A DNA stretch of 64,000 nucleotides, from contig OZ024753.1 of NCBI GenBank assembly GCA_964016885.1, positions 38,998,001 through 39,062,000 of the forward strand, given 5' to 3'. Of this stretch, positions 42,171 through 55,814 are shown piece by piece; position 1 is the first letter of the stretch; the number at the start of each line of letters is the position of its first letter. The notes under the pieces were generated by a model that did not search any database, had not been told where the DNA came from, and was given only the letters and a program-made list of their open reading frames with translations. This DNA is from Eledone cirrhosa. Taxonomy: Eukaryota. The position numbers and the translations under genes were made by a program.

Positions 42171-42680
42171 TCAGAGGCGGTGTTTCTGTGCGTAATAGCC
42201 ATGGCGAAAGAGGTTGTATGGTGGACGCGTCTGAAAGGACTGAGGTCGGGCACCTTTCTCTCTGGCCAACAACTGGTCCGTTTCTTCCGATATCATTTCG
42301 GAAGAAGGATCAGGATGGAGAGAGAGGTGCTGCACCCCAGCCGTTTCTATGAAAGATGGGTGAAAGTGGCGAGAATGGCCCGTGTGAATGGGCCTTCACT
42401 CTACATCAGACTATAGGTGAGGAAGATGAAAGACCAAGGGAGCACCCCTTCTCTGTGCTCCTGAGGAGAAGGGTTGCACACTTTTTTCGGGGGTGTGTGC
42501 GACCCCCCAAGGCGCCTCCTCTCTATTGAGGATTTTGTTAAAAATTTTATTTTTTGTTATATCTTATTTTATTTTTATATTTTGTTATTGCCTCCTCCTT
42601 ATTGAGGACACCTTTTTGTGTAAACTCCCCCCTTTGTACTTGTCCCACTTTTGATGCCCTAGTGGCAAATAAAAGAAATA

Positions 42681-42751
<71 letters not shown>

Positions 42752-43470
42752 TTGAAGGAGAAGCGGTTTTCCTCTGTCTGGTGACTATGGTGAAAGAAGT
42801 AATATGGTGGACGAGGTTAAAAGGACTGAGGGCAAACACCTTTCTCTCCGGACAACAACTTATTCCCTTCTTTAAGCACCACTTCAGAAGAAAGGTGAGA
42901 GTGGAGAGAGAGGTGCTACACCCCAGTAAATTCGCTGAAAGGTGGGTGAATGTGAAGAGAATGGTCCGAGTGAATGGGCCTTCTCTGTATATAAATCTGT
43001 TGGTTGAGATAAACAGAGGGAAGACGGGAACACCTACAAAACGTGTTCCTGGTGTTGAGGGTTGATCTATCCACGGGGTGTAAAACAACCCCGCAGTAGC
43101 GTTACCCACCTAATGGGGATTTCAATTGTTTTATTTTTATATAGTTTATTGTTATTTATCATTGTTAAAGATTTTATGTAAAACCCCCGCCGTCACGTCT
43201 TGTAATGTCCCATGTTTGTGCGCCCTTGTAGCGAATAAAGAAAGATATCTATCTATCTATCCATCTATTTATCCAAATATCTATCTATATATCGATCTAT
43301 CTAGTTATCTACGGGGTATAAAACAACCGATTTGTAACGGCTCCCTCCTATTGGGGATTTCGATTTTTATATTTTCATGTTAAAACTTTTTTTTTACACG
43401 ACTGTATGTAAAATCCATATGTCTTGGTATTGTCCCCTTTTCTTATGCGCCCTTGTGGCAAATAAAGAAA
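42171..43470 (+). mobile_element. Three head-to-tail 3' fragments of a Tx1/L1-like LINE family, each ending in (TATC)n
   Basis: Two paralogous peptides EAVFLC..M.KEV.WWTRLKGLR..TFLSGQQL..FF..HF.R..R.EREVLHPS.F.ERWV.V.RM.RVNGPSLYI.L, and a shared end GCCCT.GT.GC.AATAAA.GAAA. Units 42171-42678, 42752-43243 and 43308-43470. Clade assignment is by recalled resemblance only. Confidence 0.7.
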
Positions 43471-43844
43471 TCAATCTATCTATATATCTATCTATATATC
43501 TATCTGTCTATCTACCCACCACCCTAACTAGTTTTGTTATAATATCAGATTACTTACACTTTTATTCCAGTTAAAACAAAAGGTTTTATATTCCAAGTAG
43601 GTGTCGAAAGTGAGTAAGTCCATTTTGACGGCCGTTGCCGCCGGAGATATTGTACCTGTTGCAAACTTTGGAACTGAGGAGAGAAAGGGAAGGGCATACT
43701 TGCCCCCAAATTATATTTTTCTCCCGAAACTAACAAAACAGACATTATCGTTACAATTTATGTTCATGTTATATTTATCGTAAAGAGCAAAACTAATCAC
43801 TAGAACTAAATCTGTCCCACCGCCCGTATATATATATATATACA

Positions 43845-43993
<149 letters not shown>

Positions 43994-44109
43994 ATTTCAT
44001 TCATATACTTAGGGTAATTGTTTAAAATAAAATATAATACTCGGGATTTAAAATATTCAAGCATAAGCTGCATGAGCACAATAAGCTAATGGGTAGAGCG
44101 AATACATAC

Positions 44110-44215
<106 letters not shown>

Positions 44216-44336
44216 GGTAATTCCGAAGAAAAAGCAAAGGAAAAAAGAGTGCTCTATGTATGTATATTTATATATATGTATGTATATTTATACACACACA
44301 CACACACACGTACACTCACGCACACACACACGCATA

Positions 44337-44383
<47 letters not shown>

Positions 44384-45373
44384 TTATTTATTATTATTTT
44401 TGGAGAAAGGTGGCAACGACTTCGAAATTTCGGCTTTGTTGTTTCAAACATACTCAGACGGTGACTATAAATTCTTTTAAGTTTGGTTTAAGTTTTGCTT
44501 AAGATTTCTCATTGTTTTATTACTTTCAGAATTTCAGAATTTTCATTATAAGATTTATGAATATAAATTAGATAAATCTATCGATATTATTCCAAGGAAA
44601 CAATTCTTTCATCATCTACTTAAATCCATAATGTTTTCTTCCGTCTTTTAAATGACCGACGTGATACGATAGAAATTTACTGTTTTCTTCGACAGTCAAT
44701 TTAATAGACTTAATAATTTTCGAAAAAAAAAAAAGAAAAAACCTGATAATTATAATAACTAATCAAAAAAAAAAATTCAATTTGAATTATTTCTCAAATA
44801 TCCTTAACTGAAAAACTTAAAAGGTCAAAGTACTATGAATTTTGAATCAAGCAAATTTATTTTGAAAGACAATGTTTTGTATTTCTATTTTCTTGATTTA
44901 ACTAATGACTTTTATATAATTTTTCTCATTTTAAAATAATTTGACATCGGCTCACATTTCTCAGACATTTAGTAGTCGTGTGTCAGGAATGGTGAGCTCT
45001 TTCAACTTGTACTGCACTTTCTTTGTACTGCAGTCACAACTGTCCAAAATGACACTTGAATTTGACACATGGATGTAACTCTGTTACGCGGCCTCTCTCA
45101 CTCTCTCACACGCCCCTCTTTCACTCTCTCTGTCTCTCTCTCTATATATATTTATAAATATCTTTCTCTCTCTCACTTTCTCTCTCTTTCGCTCTCTCTC
45201 TGTCTGTCTGTCTCTCTCTATCTCTCTCTATATATATATCTTTCTCTCTCGCTTTCACCCTTCTCGCCCTTTCCTTCATTTTGTCTCCTTTTCTGTATCT
45301 CCTCCACTCCCTTCTCTCTCACTCTCTGTGTCATTGTCTGTATGTTTGACTGTCTTTCTCCATCTCCTTCCCT

Positions 45374-45434
<61 letters not shown>

Positions 45435-46127
45435 CGCTCTCTTTCCCTTTCCTCCATTTTCTCTCTTTCTCTCTCCTTTTAATATCACTTCCTCTCCGCC
45501 CCCTCTTCTCCTCTGTGTCATTTTCTGTCCGTTTCTATCTCTTCCTTTGTCCCTCTCACCCCATCCCATCCTCACCTAAAACGGACTTCTTCATTCTAAA
45601 TTACTCTAGAATTAAAATATTCTAGCGTTGACGTGGCCAGTTTTCAATACTAATACGCCATGACTACCAACAACTAATTATAAAACAAAATTTAATATTA
45701 AATAAACTTCAGCTGTGAAAAATGAGAAATACTTTCTTGAGGTCAATTAAGATCAGTTCTAAATTAGAAATATGATACATAAATGGCATGAGGTAACCGG
45801 TTGATATTTATTCTAATTTTTGACAAGTTGAGAGGAAAAATCGAGAGATGTACAGTCATCATTGTGACCAATATAACTGTATATATATTTCAATGAATAT
45901 TCGACAAAAATAGATATTCCCTTAAAGCCATCTATTGATTTTCTAACAGTTAGATCTTAGATTATTAGACCAGTGAATTAAATCACTACTTACAAATATT
46001 AACTGAACGTGAATGCATTTTATTGTATACTAGCAGAGATACCGCCTACGAGCCGTTTTCTGCTACTGTTAATATGTGTGTGAGCGCGTGTTTCGAAGTA
46101 CATCTATCAATGTATATATATATATAT

Positions 46128-46250
46128 AGGAATACTATTGGGACTACATGGATGAGGAAAGCACGATCCACAGAGGAATGGACGGCGTGTTGTGACCAGC
46201 GGCGCCGAATGGACGCCCGACAGACTTGTCGATCAAGGTGATCAAGGTGA
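46128..46250 (+). mobile_element. Extreme 3' end of an RTE-like LINE inserted in (TA)n
   Basis: NTIGTTWMRKARSTEEWTACCDQRRRMDARQTCRSR* (W...A.....W pattern), with a tandem tail (GATCAAGGT)2GA. Confidence 0.55.
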
Positions 46251-46381
46251 TATATATATATATATATATTAAAATAACAGATTAAAGTTTAAGCAAAGAA
46301 TCGTTACTTTCACCCTTATATAATTATCCTTATCGAGCCCTCTTTGGATTTTAGTCTTCCTCATTTATTATTATTACTATA

Positions 46382-46440
<59 letters not shown>

Positions 46441-46482
46441 GTATATATATATGTATATATATATGTATATATAATATATATG

Positions 46483-46515
<33 letters not shown>

Positions 46516-46533
46516 GTATATATAATATATATG

Positions 46534-46632
<99 letters not shown>

Positions 46633-47319
46633 TTGAAAGGGGGAAAAAGTTACACATTTGAAAAAACAAATTATACATATACGTGGTTTATATAATTTTA
46701 TTGAACGACGTTTACTCTCTACAAAATGATGCCCCATCACCTCTATAACTCAATTAATCAAAGATTGAATATGAAACAGTAATAATCAGAAGTCTGATTG
46801 AAACAGACTTATGCAGTACCTTCGATGAGATTCGAACCGGTGACGGTTTGGGAATGAAACAGTGTTTTTAATCGACTCTCGCTTACTACATAACATTTAG
46901 TGCAATGAGTTGCTTATAGTTAAAAGGTAAAAAAACTATACTATAACTTTGCCTTATATTTATAAATATTCGTATTATGCTTGAGAAATTCACGCTTTAT
47001 TTTTTACAACTAATCGACTGCTTATCATATGAGACTGTCGGGAAAAAAACTCCTCAATTTCTTTAAATTATTGTCTATGAATTCTTATATTTTTTGCGTT
47101 TGGGACTTGCCTTCTCCAGATATTAGTGCTACATGTTAACATTAAAATTAAAATGTGCGTAGACGGCCTTAATAAAAGGATTTGAAGTATCATCTTTTGT
47201 TTGTCACTTGATTTAAATACAGACACACACACACACATATATATATATTATATATATAGATATAGATACATATGCACATATACATAGCTCTCTCTCTCCA
47301 AATATATATATATATATAA

Positions 47320-47700
<381 letters not shown>

Positions 47701-48349
47701 GTTCTAAATTTAAAGTGGGATGGACACGGGAAGTATGCATTTGATCGTAGTTCTACTTAATGAAGGCTGAATTAAACTAAAACAGCAACAACAACAACAT
47801 CAACGACGACAACGACGACCGCATGAATACTTACAACAATCCAAAATGATATAGGATTGACCTACGAAATATGAAAGATAAAATTGACCTCGGTGGAATT
47901 TTAATTAAGAATATAAAGAGTTGAAACCAATATTACTTTAAAGCAACTCTGCCAATAGATTCTAACAGGTATTTCTTTAACTCTAGGAGGGAATCATTTA
48001 AATAATAATTATAACTAACAGTAAATGAGTTTCTAGTTAGTTAGGTCAAATAATTAATTGATTTTTTCTTAATGATAATTACTAGTTACTAGATTTTAAT
48101 TGCAATTCAGTGATTCGAGAAATTTGCGATGGTGCTTCTTTTGGATATGGGTGATTTAGTTAAAGAAGCAAAAGTGCCAATAGATGGAGAAATCGATATA
48201 AAATCATATTTGATATGGGAGGCAGCATCCCATTGAGGCTCCGCAAGTTCAAGAAGCAGAACGAGAGAACAACAGAGCGTGACAACCTTTCATTGGCTGG
48301 TTCGTGATGTTATTCTTGGCCACTACATGCATGCATGCCCACACACACA

Positions 48350-48392
<43 letters not shown>

Positions 48393-48772
48393 ACACACAC
48401 ACACACAGACACACACAAACACACACGCGCACAGACACATACACACACACACACACACACAGACACACACAAACACACACGCGCGCGCACACACACAGAC
48501 ACACACACGCACTCACACACATATATATATACATACATACATATATATATATATTACGCTTGTATGTACGTATGTATGTATACTTGTATGCATATATATA
48601 TGTATATATGTATACATATATATATATATATGTATACATGCATACAAGTATACATACATAGTACATACAAACATACATATATACATGTATAACGACGTAC
48701 ATACTTACATATGTATCTACTTGCATACAAACATAAACCCCCACACATATATACATGGGTGTGACATCACAA

Positions 48773-48980
48773 AGTGCATGGCTTAGTGGTTAGAGCATTG
48801 GGCTTGCAATCGAAAGGTTGTGAGTTCAATTCTCGGACCGGGTGATGCGTTGTTTCCTTGAGCAAGATACTTTATTTCACGTTGCTCCAGTTTACTCAGC
48901 TGTAGAAATGAGATGATAGGACTGGGGTCATTAAAATTGCCCAACGAAATATACCTTGGAGGAGGCCAGCTAAACCTGCA
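48773..48980 (+). mobile_element. SINE family B, tail type 2
   Basis: Same tRNA head and CORE-like segment as 5668, with a different 3' part (CAGTTTACTCAGCTGTAGAAATGAGATGATAGGACTGGGG). Inverse copy at 61265-61495. Confidence 0.85.
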
Positions 48981-49094
48981 TATATACATGCATGCATAGA
49001 TAATATGTACGTACGTGCATACATACATACATACATGATGGCTGCCCCCTCGTTATCGAGTATGGCCATTGCACAATAAAAAAAAAAAAAAAAA

Positions 49095-49157
<63 letters not shown>

Positions 49158-49178
49158 AAAAAAAAAAAAAGGGAAAAG

Positions 49179-49215
<37 letters not shown>

Positions 49216-49444
49216 TATACATACATATATATATACACATATATATACACACACACATACATACACATACATACATATATACACACACACATACATACAC
49301 ATACACTCACACATATATACACACATACATTAATAACAATAATAATAATAATAATAATAATAATAGCAATAATAATAATAACGACAACAACAATAATAAT
49401 ATACATATTCATATATATATACACACACACGCACGCACATAAGC

Positions 49445-49482
<38 letters not shown>

Positions 49483-49490
49483 GATAGCAA

Positions 49491-52385
49491 CTAACAGTGC
49501 TGCGATCGAATGTGGCTTTTTAGCCCAGCCAATGATCTAAAATGTCTTGCACAGAGTCGGCAACCAAAACATTTACTGGGAATAGTCGGCTGTGGTTGGA
49601 GTTCGTGTACTTTTGCATGTCGCTTGAGTCCTCCTGCTGATTTACATTCTCTACCACATGTTTGGCAAGCATGATGAGTAGCATCTCCAACAGCAGCCTG
49701 GTAGTCAACCACTGGTCTTACTTTATGACTGCGAAGATGACTTTCGAGTCCAGCTTTGCTTAGGCAGAGTCTCGCACAGACGCTGCATGTCAGAAACATA
49801 GGAGGACCCTCGCCGTCTGGAAGTGCAACAGCAATACCCTTCCTCACGTCCCGCTTTACTTTCTCGTGTGCGATTCGAGATGCCTCAAAGGCAACTTTTC
49901 CCTCATATACAGTCTTTCTCCATTTATTACGATCAGCAGCAATATTTTCCCATGTATCAGCAGAGATGTTAGCGTCTTTCAGAGAGGCCTTCAAGGAATC
50001 CTTATACCTCTTTTTTGGTTTATGTGGCGGTCGTTTTCCTTTAACCAACTCTCCATAGAAGAGTTGTTTTGGTATTCTAGAATCCTTCATCCTGGCAAGG
50101 TGACCACTCCAACGGAGTCGCTGCTTAAGCACAAGAGCTTCTATACTGTCACACATAGAGCTTTCCAAAATCTCGACATCACTGATGTGGTCCCTCCAGC
50201 GAACGCCATGTATCCGTCTGAGACACATCTGATGGAAACGCTCCAATTGCTTAAGGTGGCGTCGATATGTGACCCAGGTCTCGCAGGCATAAAGAAGACA
50301 AGAGAGTACACATGCCCTGTACACCCTTACCTTTGTCCTCCTGCATATGTCTCGCCGACCCCAGAGTCGCCTTTCTAGCTTTCCGAAAGCATCACTTGCT
50401 TTCCTAATCCTAAGTGAGATTTCACTGTCAAGGTTGCCGTATCGATTGACAGTGCTTCCCAGGTAGACAAACTGATCAACCACTCCAAGTCGTTTGCCAT
50501 ACACATAGATGTTTGGTTCAGTGTACTGCCTACCAGGTGCAGGTTGGTACATGACGACGGTTTTCTTGAGACTGACAGTCAAACCCAGGGCAGTGCAAGC
50601 GTCAGAAAATACATTCAAAATGTGCTGCATATCACTCTCTGTGTGCGCTACAAGATCGCAATCATCTGCATACAAGAGGTCTCTTATGACTGATGTAAAT
50701 ACTTTTGTCTTCGCAGCAAAGCGCCTGATGTTAAATATGCTGCCTGAGGTTCGATATCGGATGTAAACACCATGCTCGCAATTCCTGAATGCAATACAGA
50801 AAACCATTGCAAAGTATATGGCAAACAGGGTCGGTGCTGGAATATCCCCCTGTTTCACTCCATTTTTTACTGAGATAGGCTCCGACATGTTACCTCCGAC
50901 ATTAACCCAAGCCTTCATGTCGTCATGGAAAGACCTAACTAAAGCAAGGAACTTATCAGGGCAACCAAGTTTCTGGAGAACCTTCCATAATGCATCTCTG
51001 TTGACAGTATCGAAAGCCTTTGTCAGATCGACAAAAACCTGATACAGATCCAAGCCCTGTTCAATGCACTTCTCCTGGAGCTGTCTAGCTGAGAAGATCA
51101 TATCAGTAGTGCCGCGTCCAACACGAAAACCAGATTGACTTTCAGGAAGGACACAATCTGCAATGTGTGTCAGCAGACGGTCCAGAAGCACCCTACATAA
51201 AACTTTCCCCACGACAGAAAGCAATGATATACCTCTGTAGTTCCCACAATCATTCCTGTTACCCTTTCCCTTGTACAAGACCACCATTACTGCATCTCTC
51301 CAGTCCTCAGGCACGGATTCATTAGCCCATATCCTTCCAAACAGAGAGTGAAGATGTTGCAGGAGTCTCTCACCACCATATTGTAGGAGCTCAGCATGTA
51401 TGCCATCCATACCTGGAGATCTTCCACTGTTCAGCTTCGAAATAGCCACTGCAACCTCCACAAGTGTCGGAGGTTCTGCGAGAGCTACTTTCACAGGACT
51501 TTCCGGAATGAGATTGAGGAAATCTTCACTGACGACAGACGGCTGATTCAAAAGATCATCAAAGTGCTCTCGCCACCTTCGTAGAATTCCCTGTGAGTCA
51601 CGAAGAAGTTCTTTGCCATCCTTGCTGCGAATCGGTGTCACCAGAGAAGAAGACGGTCCATAAACCTCACGCAAGAGACTGTACAACAGCTTTGTGTTAT
51701 TGCAATCAGACGCAGTTTGTATCTCACCAGCCTTCTCACTCCACCACTGATCCTTCATCTGAGAAAGACTCCGCCTAACACGTGATTTTACATCCCTGAG
51801 CTCCTCATGCAACGTATTCCTCTCCTGTGGTTTTGCCGTCAAGTAGCGTGACAGAGCGCGCCTCTTATCAGCCAACAAGTCATCTATATGCACATCTTTC
51901 TCATTAAACCAGTCCTGATGTTTTCTCTGCACCAATCCCAGAACACGTCTGCCTACATCATAAACCGACTTTTTAAGGGTCGGCCAATCCTCACCAAGAT
52001 CTGCAGCCTGCATCTCTTCTTCCAATGTCCTCTTCACATTTTTATCCTTAAGACGAGCAGCATTCAATCTTTTGGGCAGGGTAACACCAGGAGCCCGGAT
52101 TTTACGTTTGGTGATTAGATTCACTTTTGCGCGTACCAGGCGGTGGTCCGTCCAGCACTCAGCTCCACGAAGAACACGAACACACTGCACATCCTGTCTG
52201 TCACGCATCCTGACTAGGACGTAGTCCAAAAGATGCCATTCCTTAGATGCAGGATGCATCCATGTGGTCTTGAATTTGTTCTTTTGTTGGAACATGGTGT
52301 TGGTAACACACAGATCCAGCTCTTCACACATCTGCAGCAAGAGCATACCATTGCTGTTACACTTTCCCACCCCATGCCTTCCGAT
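49491..52385 (-). CDS. RTE-clade LINE ORF (partial AP endonuclease, reverse transcriptase, three C-terminal C2H2 zinc fingers); 5'-truncated but uninterrupted
   Basis: LLDYVL and WTDHRLV (APE end); NYRGISLLS, QSGFR, FVDLTKAFDTV, GVKQG, LLYADD, FVYLGS (RT); RLRWSGH; CSVC..H..H, CQTC..H..H and CRLC..H...H. The listed start codon comes from a neighbouring (ATGT)n tail. Confidence 0.95.
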   Translation of the reverse strand: MGRHGVGKCNSNGMLLLQMCEELDLCVTNTMFQQKNKFKTTWMHPASKEWHLLDYVLVRMRDRQDVQCVRVLRGAECWTDHRLVRAKVNLITKRKIRAPGVTLPKRLNAARLKDKNVKRTLEEEMQAADLGEDWPTLKKSVYDVGRRVLGLVQRKHQDWFNEKDVHIDDLLADKRRALSRYLTAKPQERNTLHEELRDVKSRVRRSLSQMKDQWWSEKAGEIQTASDCNNTKLLYSLLREVYGPSSSLVTPIRSKDGKELLRDSQGILRRWREHFDDLLNQPSVVSEDFLNLIPESPVKVALAEPPTLVEVAVAISKLNSGRSPGMDGIHAELLQYGGERLLQHLHSLFGRIWANESVPEDWRDAVMVVLYKGKGNRNDCGNYRGISLLSVVGKVLCRVLLDRLLTHIADCVLPESQSGFRVGRGTTDMIFSARQLQEKCIEQGLDLYQVFVDLTKAFDTVNRDALWKVLQKLGCPDKFLALVRSFHDDMKAWVNVGGNMSEPISVKNGVKQGDIPAPTLFAIYFAMVFCIAFRNCEHGVYIRYRTSGSIFNIRRFAAKTKVFTSVIRDLLYADDCDLVAHTESDMQHILNVFSDACTALGLTVSLKKTVVMYQPAPGRQYTEPNIYVYGKRLGVVDQFVYLGSTVNRYGNLDSEISLRIRKASDAFGKLERRLWGRRDICRRTKVRVYRACVLSCLLYACETWVTYRRHLKQLERFHQMCLRRIHGVRWRDHISDVEILESSMCDSIEALVLKQRLRWSGHLARMKDSRIPKQLFYGELVKGKRPPHKPKKRYKDSLKASLKDANISADTWENIAADRNKWRKTVYEGKVAFEASRIAHEKVKRDVRKGIAVALPDGEGPPMFLTCSVCARLCLSKAGLESHLRSHKVRPVVDYQAAVGDATHHACQTCGRECKSAGGLKRHAKVHELQPQPTIPSKCFGCRLCARHFRSLAGLKSHIRSQHC

Positions 52386-52386
52386 T

Positions 52387-52806
52387 ACATACATACATGG
52401 TGGCTGCCAACTCGTTTTCGAGTACGGCCACTACTTTATATCCATGTAGGAGAACCCCTACCGATGCGCTGAACGAGTGTGACTTTTTTGTCCAGCCAGC
52501 GACTTGAAAACTCTGGTACAAACACTACACTTGTGACAATTATTGACACATAGTGCTGGGCCCATGGTACCATGTGACGACAAGTGCAGAGAGATATCCA
52601 GATATAAAGCAATGCCTGTGCCGTGAAACTTTTATAGTGAGCAAAGGCACTGCACAAAAGCCAGTCCCACTCTCTTAACCAAGATGATATTTACCAAAAA
52701 GAAGAACAAGTCAACATCATTGGATACCATCAGGGTTGCAGGTATTATATCAGAGTTTTCCTTCTCCAAGAATTCTGCCTTGACAAAGGCTAAGGGGTCA
52801 TCTCTC
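52387..52806 (-). mobile_element. Non-autonomous bipartite RTE derivative, copy 2 (5'-truncated), fused to the LINE
   Basis: Near-identical to 27535-27941. Confidence 0.85.
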
Positions 52807-52839
52807 ATACATACATACATACATACATACATACATACA

Positions 52840-52942
<103 letters not shown>

Positions 52943-53139
52943 TGCGTGCGTGCGTGTGTGTGTGACTTCGAGATCATATAGAGGAAGAATCGTCGCCAGA
53001 ACTGGACTCGTAAGAATGTAAAGTAAATGTGACCTCGGCGGAATTTGAACTGCGCTCAGATAGACGGATGATAAGCATAAAGGATTCCATATGGTTTTCT
53101 ATAGGCTCTGCGAATATGCCGTCTATTAATTATATAAGC

Positions 53140-53355
53140 AATAGAATCAGCAGAGCGTCGTACAACATACTTTGCGGCATATTGTTACGACCGTTTAGGT
53201 TCTGATTTCAAATCCCGCCGAGGTTAACTTTGACTTTCATCCTTATGGAAGATGGTCGATAAAATAAAGTACCAGTAATGCAATGGGGTCGATTTGATCA
53301 ACTTTCCCCTAACCTCAAATTGTTAGCCTTTTGCCTAAATCAAAATACATTAATT
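53140..53355 (+). mobile_element. SINE family A (diverged)
   Basis: TTCAAATCCCGCCGAGGTTAACTTTG.CTTTCATCCTTA...GTCGATAAAATAAAGTACC. Confidence 0.8.
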
Positions 53356-53371
53356 ACATATATAAAAGGAT

Positions 53372-53586
53372 CGATCGACTTTCGTCGAATCGGACCGTGG
53401 AGACAATGTTTCCGCTGGTCTTTCCAATTACTAATAATTTCTATCGGTCGCAACTCCAGTTAGAAGGAGCAACGCGAAATAAAGTATCTTGCCCAAGGAC
53501 ATAACGCATTGACCGGTCCAGGAGTCGAACTCACAACCTCACGATTGTGAATCCAATTCTCTTACCACCCAGCCATGCACCTTCAC
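53372..53586 (-). mobile_element. SINE family B, tail type 1
   Basis: Reverse complement of 5668-5885. Confidence 0.85.
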
Positions 53587-53933
53587 ATTACATATATTTA
53601 CGGATAAAATAGATCCAAACACGACTGGGATACAAACACATAATCCATTAACTGGAACAGTATGACTGATAAGTATAAATGAGAAACAAATATTATGTTG
53701 GTATTGAACTTAACACATATAAACGTCTTCACAACAGAAAAGAAAAGCAACAATAACTCTGAAGACATTTTGAAAGATACCAGCTCTCATTGACGCTGTA
53801 TAAGTTTAGTTATAAAACATAAAGTTTAGTGTGTTGATGTATGATGCCTCTTTAGATATACAGTTATGTATTTGCTTTTACACAATGTATGAATGTATTT
53901 ACGTTTATATATATGTATATACGTATGTATATA

Positions 53934-54506
53934 TATCAGAGTTTTCCTTCTCATAGAATTCTGCCTTGACAAAGGCTAAGGGGTCATCTCTCCCGGTGAT
54001 TTTGGATGGCCATTGACTCTTAAGAGCTCCTTTGCCCTTTAACAGGTTTTGTTTTTAGTCCTGCAGGATGTCCAAAGTCACCCTCCTCACCAAGAAACCT
54101 TGGTGGGGTTGCCAGTTTAGTCGCCAACGTCCCGACCATGAGACAGGTTGTACTGAGATATAACACCTGCAACCCTGATGGTATCCAATGATGTTGACTT
54201 GTTCTTCTTTTTGGTAAATATCATCTTGGTTAAGAGAGTGGGACTGGCTTTGTGCAGTGCCTTTGCTCACTATAAAAGCTTCACGGCACAGGCATTGCTT
54301 TATATCTGGAGATCTCTCTGCACTTGTCGTCACATGGTACCATGGGCCCAGCACTATGTGTCAATAATTGTCACAAGTGTAGTGTTTGTACCAGGGTTTT
54401 CAAGTCGCTGGCTGGACTAAAATGTCACACTCGTTCAGCTCATCGGTAGGGGTTCTCCTACATGGATATAAAGTAGTGGCCGTACTCGAAAACGAGTTGG
54501 CAGCCA

Positions 54507-54510
<4 letters not shown>
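53934..54510 (+). mobile_element. Non-autonomous bipartite RTE derivative, copy 3, with 5' inversion
   Basis: 53934-54153 is the 5' part on the minus strand; 54154-54510 is the 3' part on the plus strand, ending in (TA)n. Confidence 0.85.
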
Positions 54511-54549
<39 letters not shown>

Positions 54550-54615
54550 GATCCCGGGTTAAATCGATGATAACCACAGTAAGTAAGGTACTCAATACAT
54601 AGCAGAGTAAAAGTT

Positions 54616-54649
<34 letters not shown>

Positions 54650-54763
54650 GTATATATATACATATATACACACTCATATATACATACATATATACACACA
54701 CTCATATATATATATACATTTATACTTATATATATATATATAAATATATATATATATGTATAC

Positions 54764-54821
<58 letters not shown>

Positions 54822-54847
54822 ATATATATACATATATACACACACAC

Positions 54848-54889
<42 letters not shown>

Positions 54890-54930
54890 TATCTACATAT
54901 ATACACATATACATATGTATATACACACAC

Positions 54931-54996
<66 letters not shown>

Positions 54997-55027
54997 CAGA
55001 TATCTACATATATATACATATGTATAT

Positions 55028-55094
<67 letters not shown>

Positions 55095-55453
55095 TAAATT
55101 GTGTATGTTTGTGTCTAAATAAGCGTAGACGGAAACATATGTAAATATATATGTTGTCATTGATTTGATCTTATTGATCTAATTGCCTAATAGTCTTGAA
55201 AGATCATCTCTTCCTCTCTCTCTCCCTCTCTCTTTATATATGTCTGTATCTCTCTCTCTCTCTCTCTCTCTTTAAATATATATATGTATATATATACACA
55301 CATATATATATATATGATATATATACATATATATGCACAGATATATATACATTATATATTTATATATATATAAATATATGAATGCATATATAAACATATA
55401 ATGCATATATATCATGCATATATATATATATATATATACATACATATATATAC

Positions 55454-55492
<39 letters not shown>

Positions 55493-55727
55493 CATCTACA
55501 TACATATATGTATATAGATACCTATATATATGTATATATATAGTAAGATCCCGTTAAGAGTGAAAGCAGCGATTCTTTGCTCAAACTTTAATATGTCATT
55601 TTAATAAATATGTATATATATATAGATATATATATATATATACATACATACATATATATACATATATATGTATATATACATATATACATATATATATATA
55701 TATACATATATGTATATGTGTATAAAG

Positions 55728-55760
<33 letters not shown>

Positions 55761-55814
55761 CATATATATATATACATAATAAAGAAATTAAATGATGGTT
55801 AAAAGAGTTCCATT

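Noticed and set aside
49520-52472. Short ORFs overlapping the RTE ORF on other frames or the opposite strand
   Set aside because: Shadow ORFs of the GC-richer LINE coding sequence.
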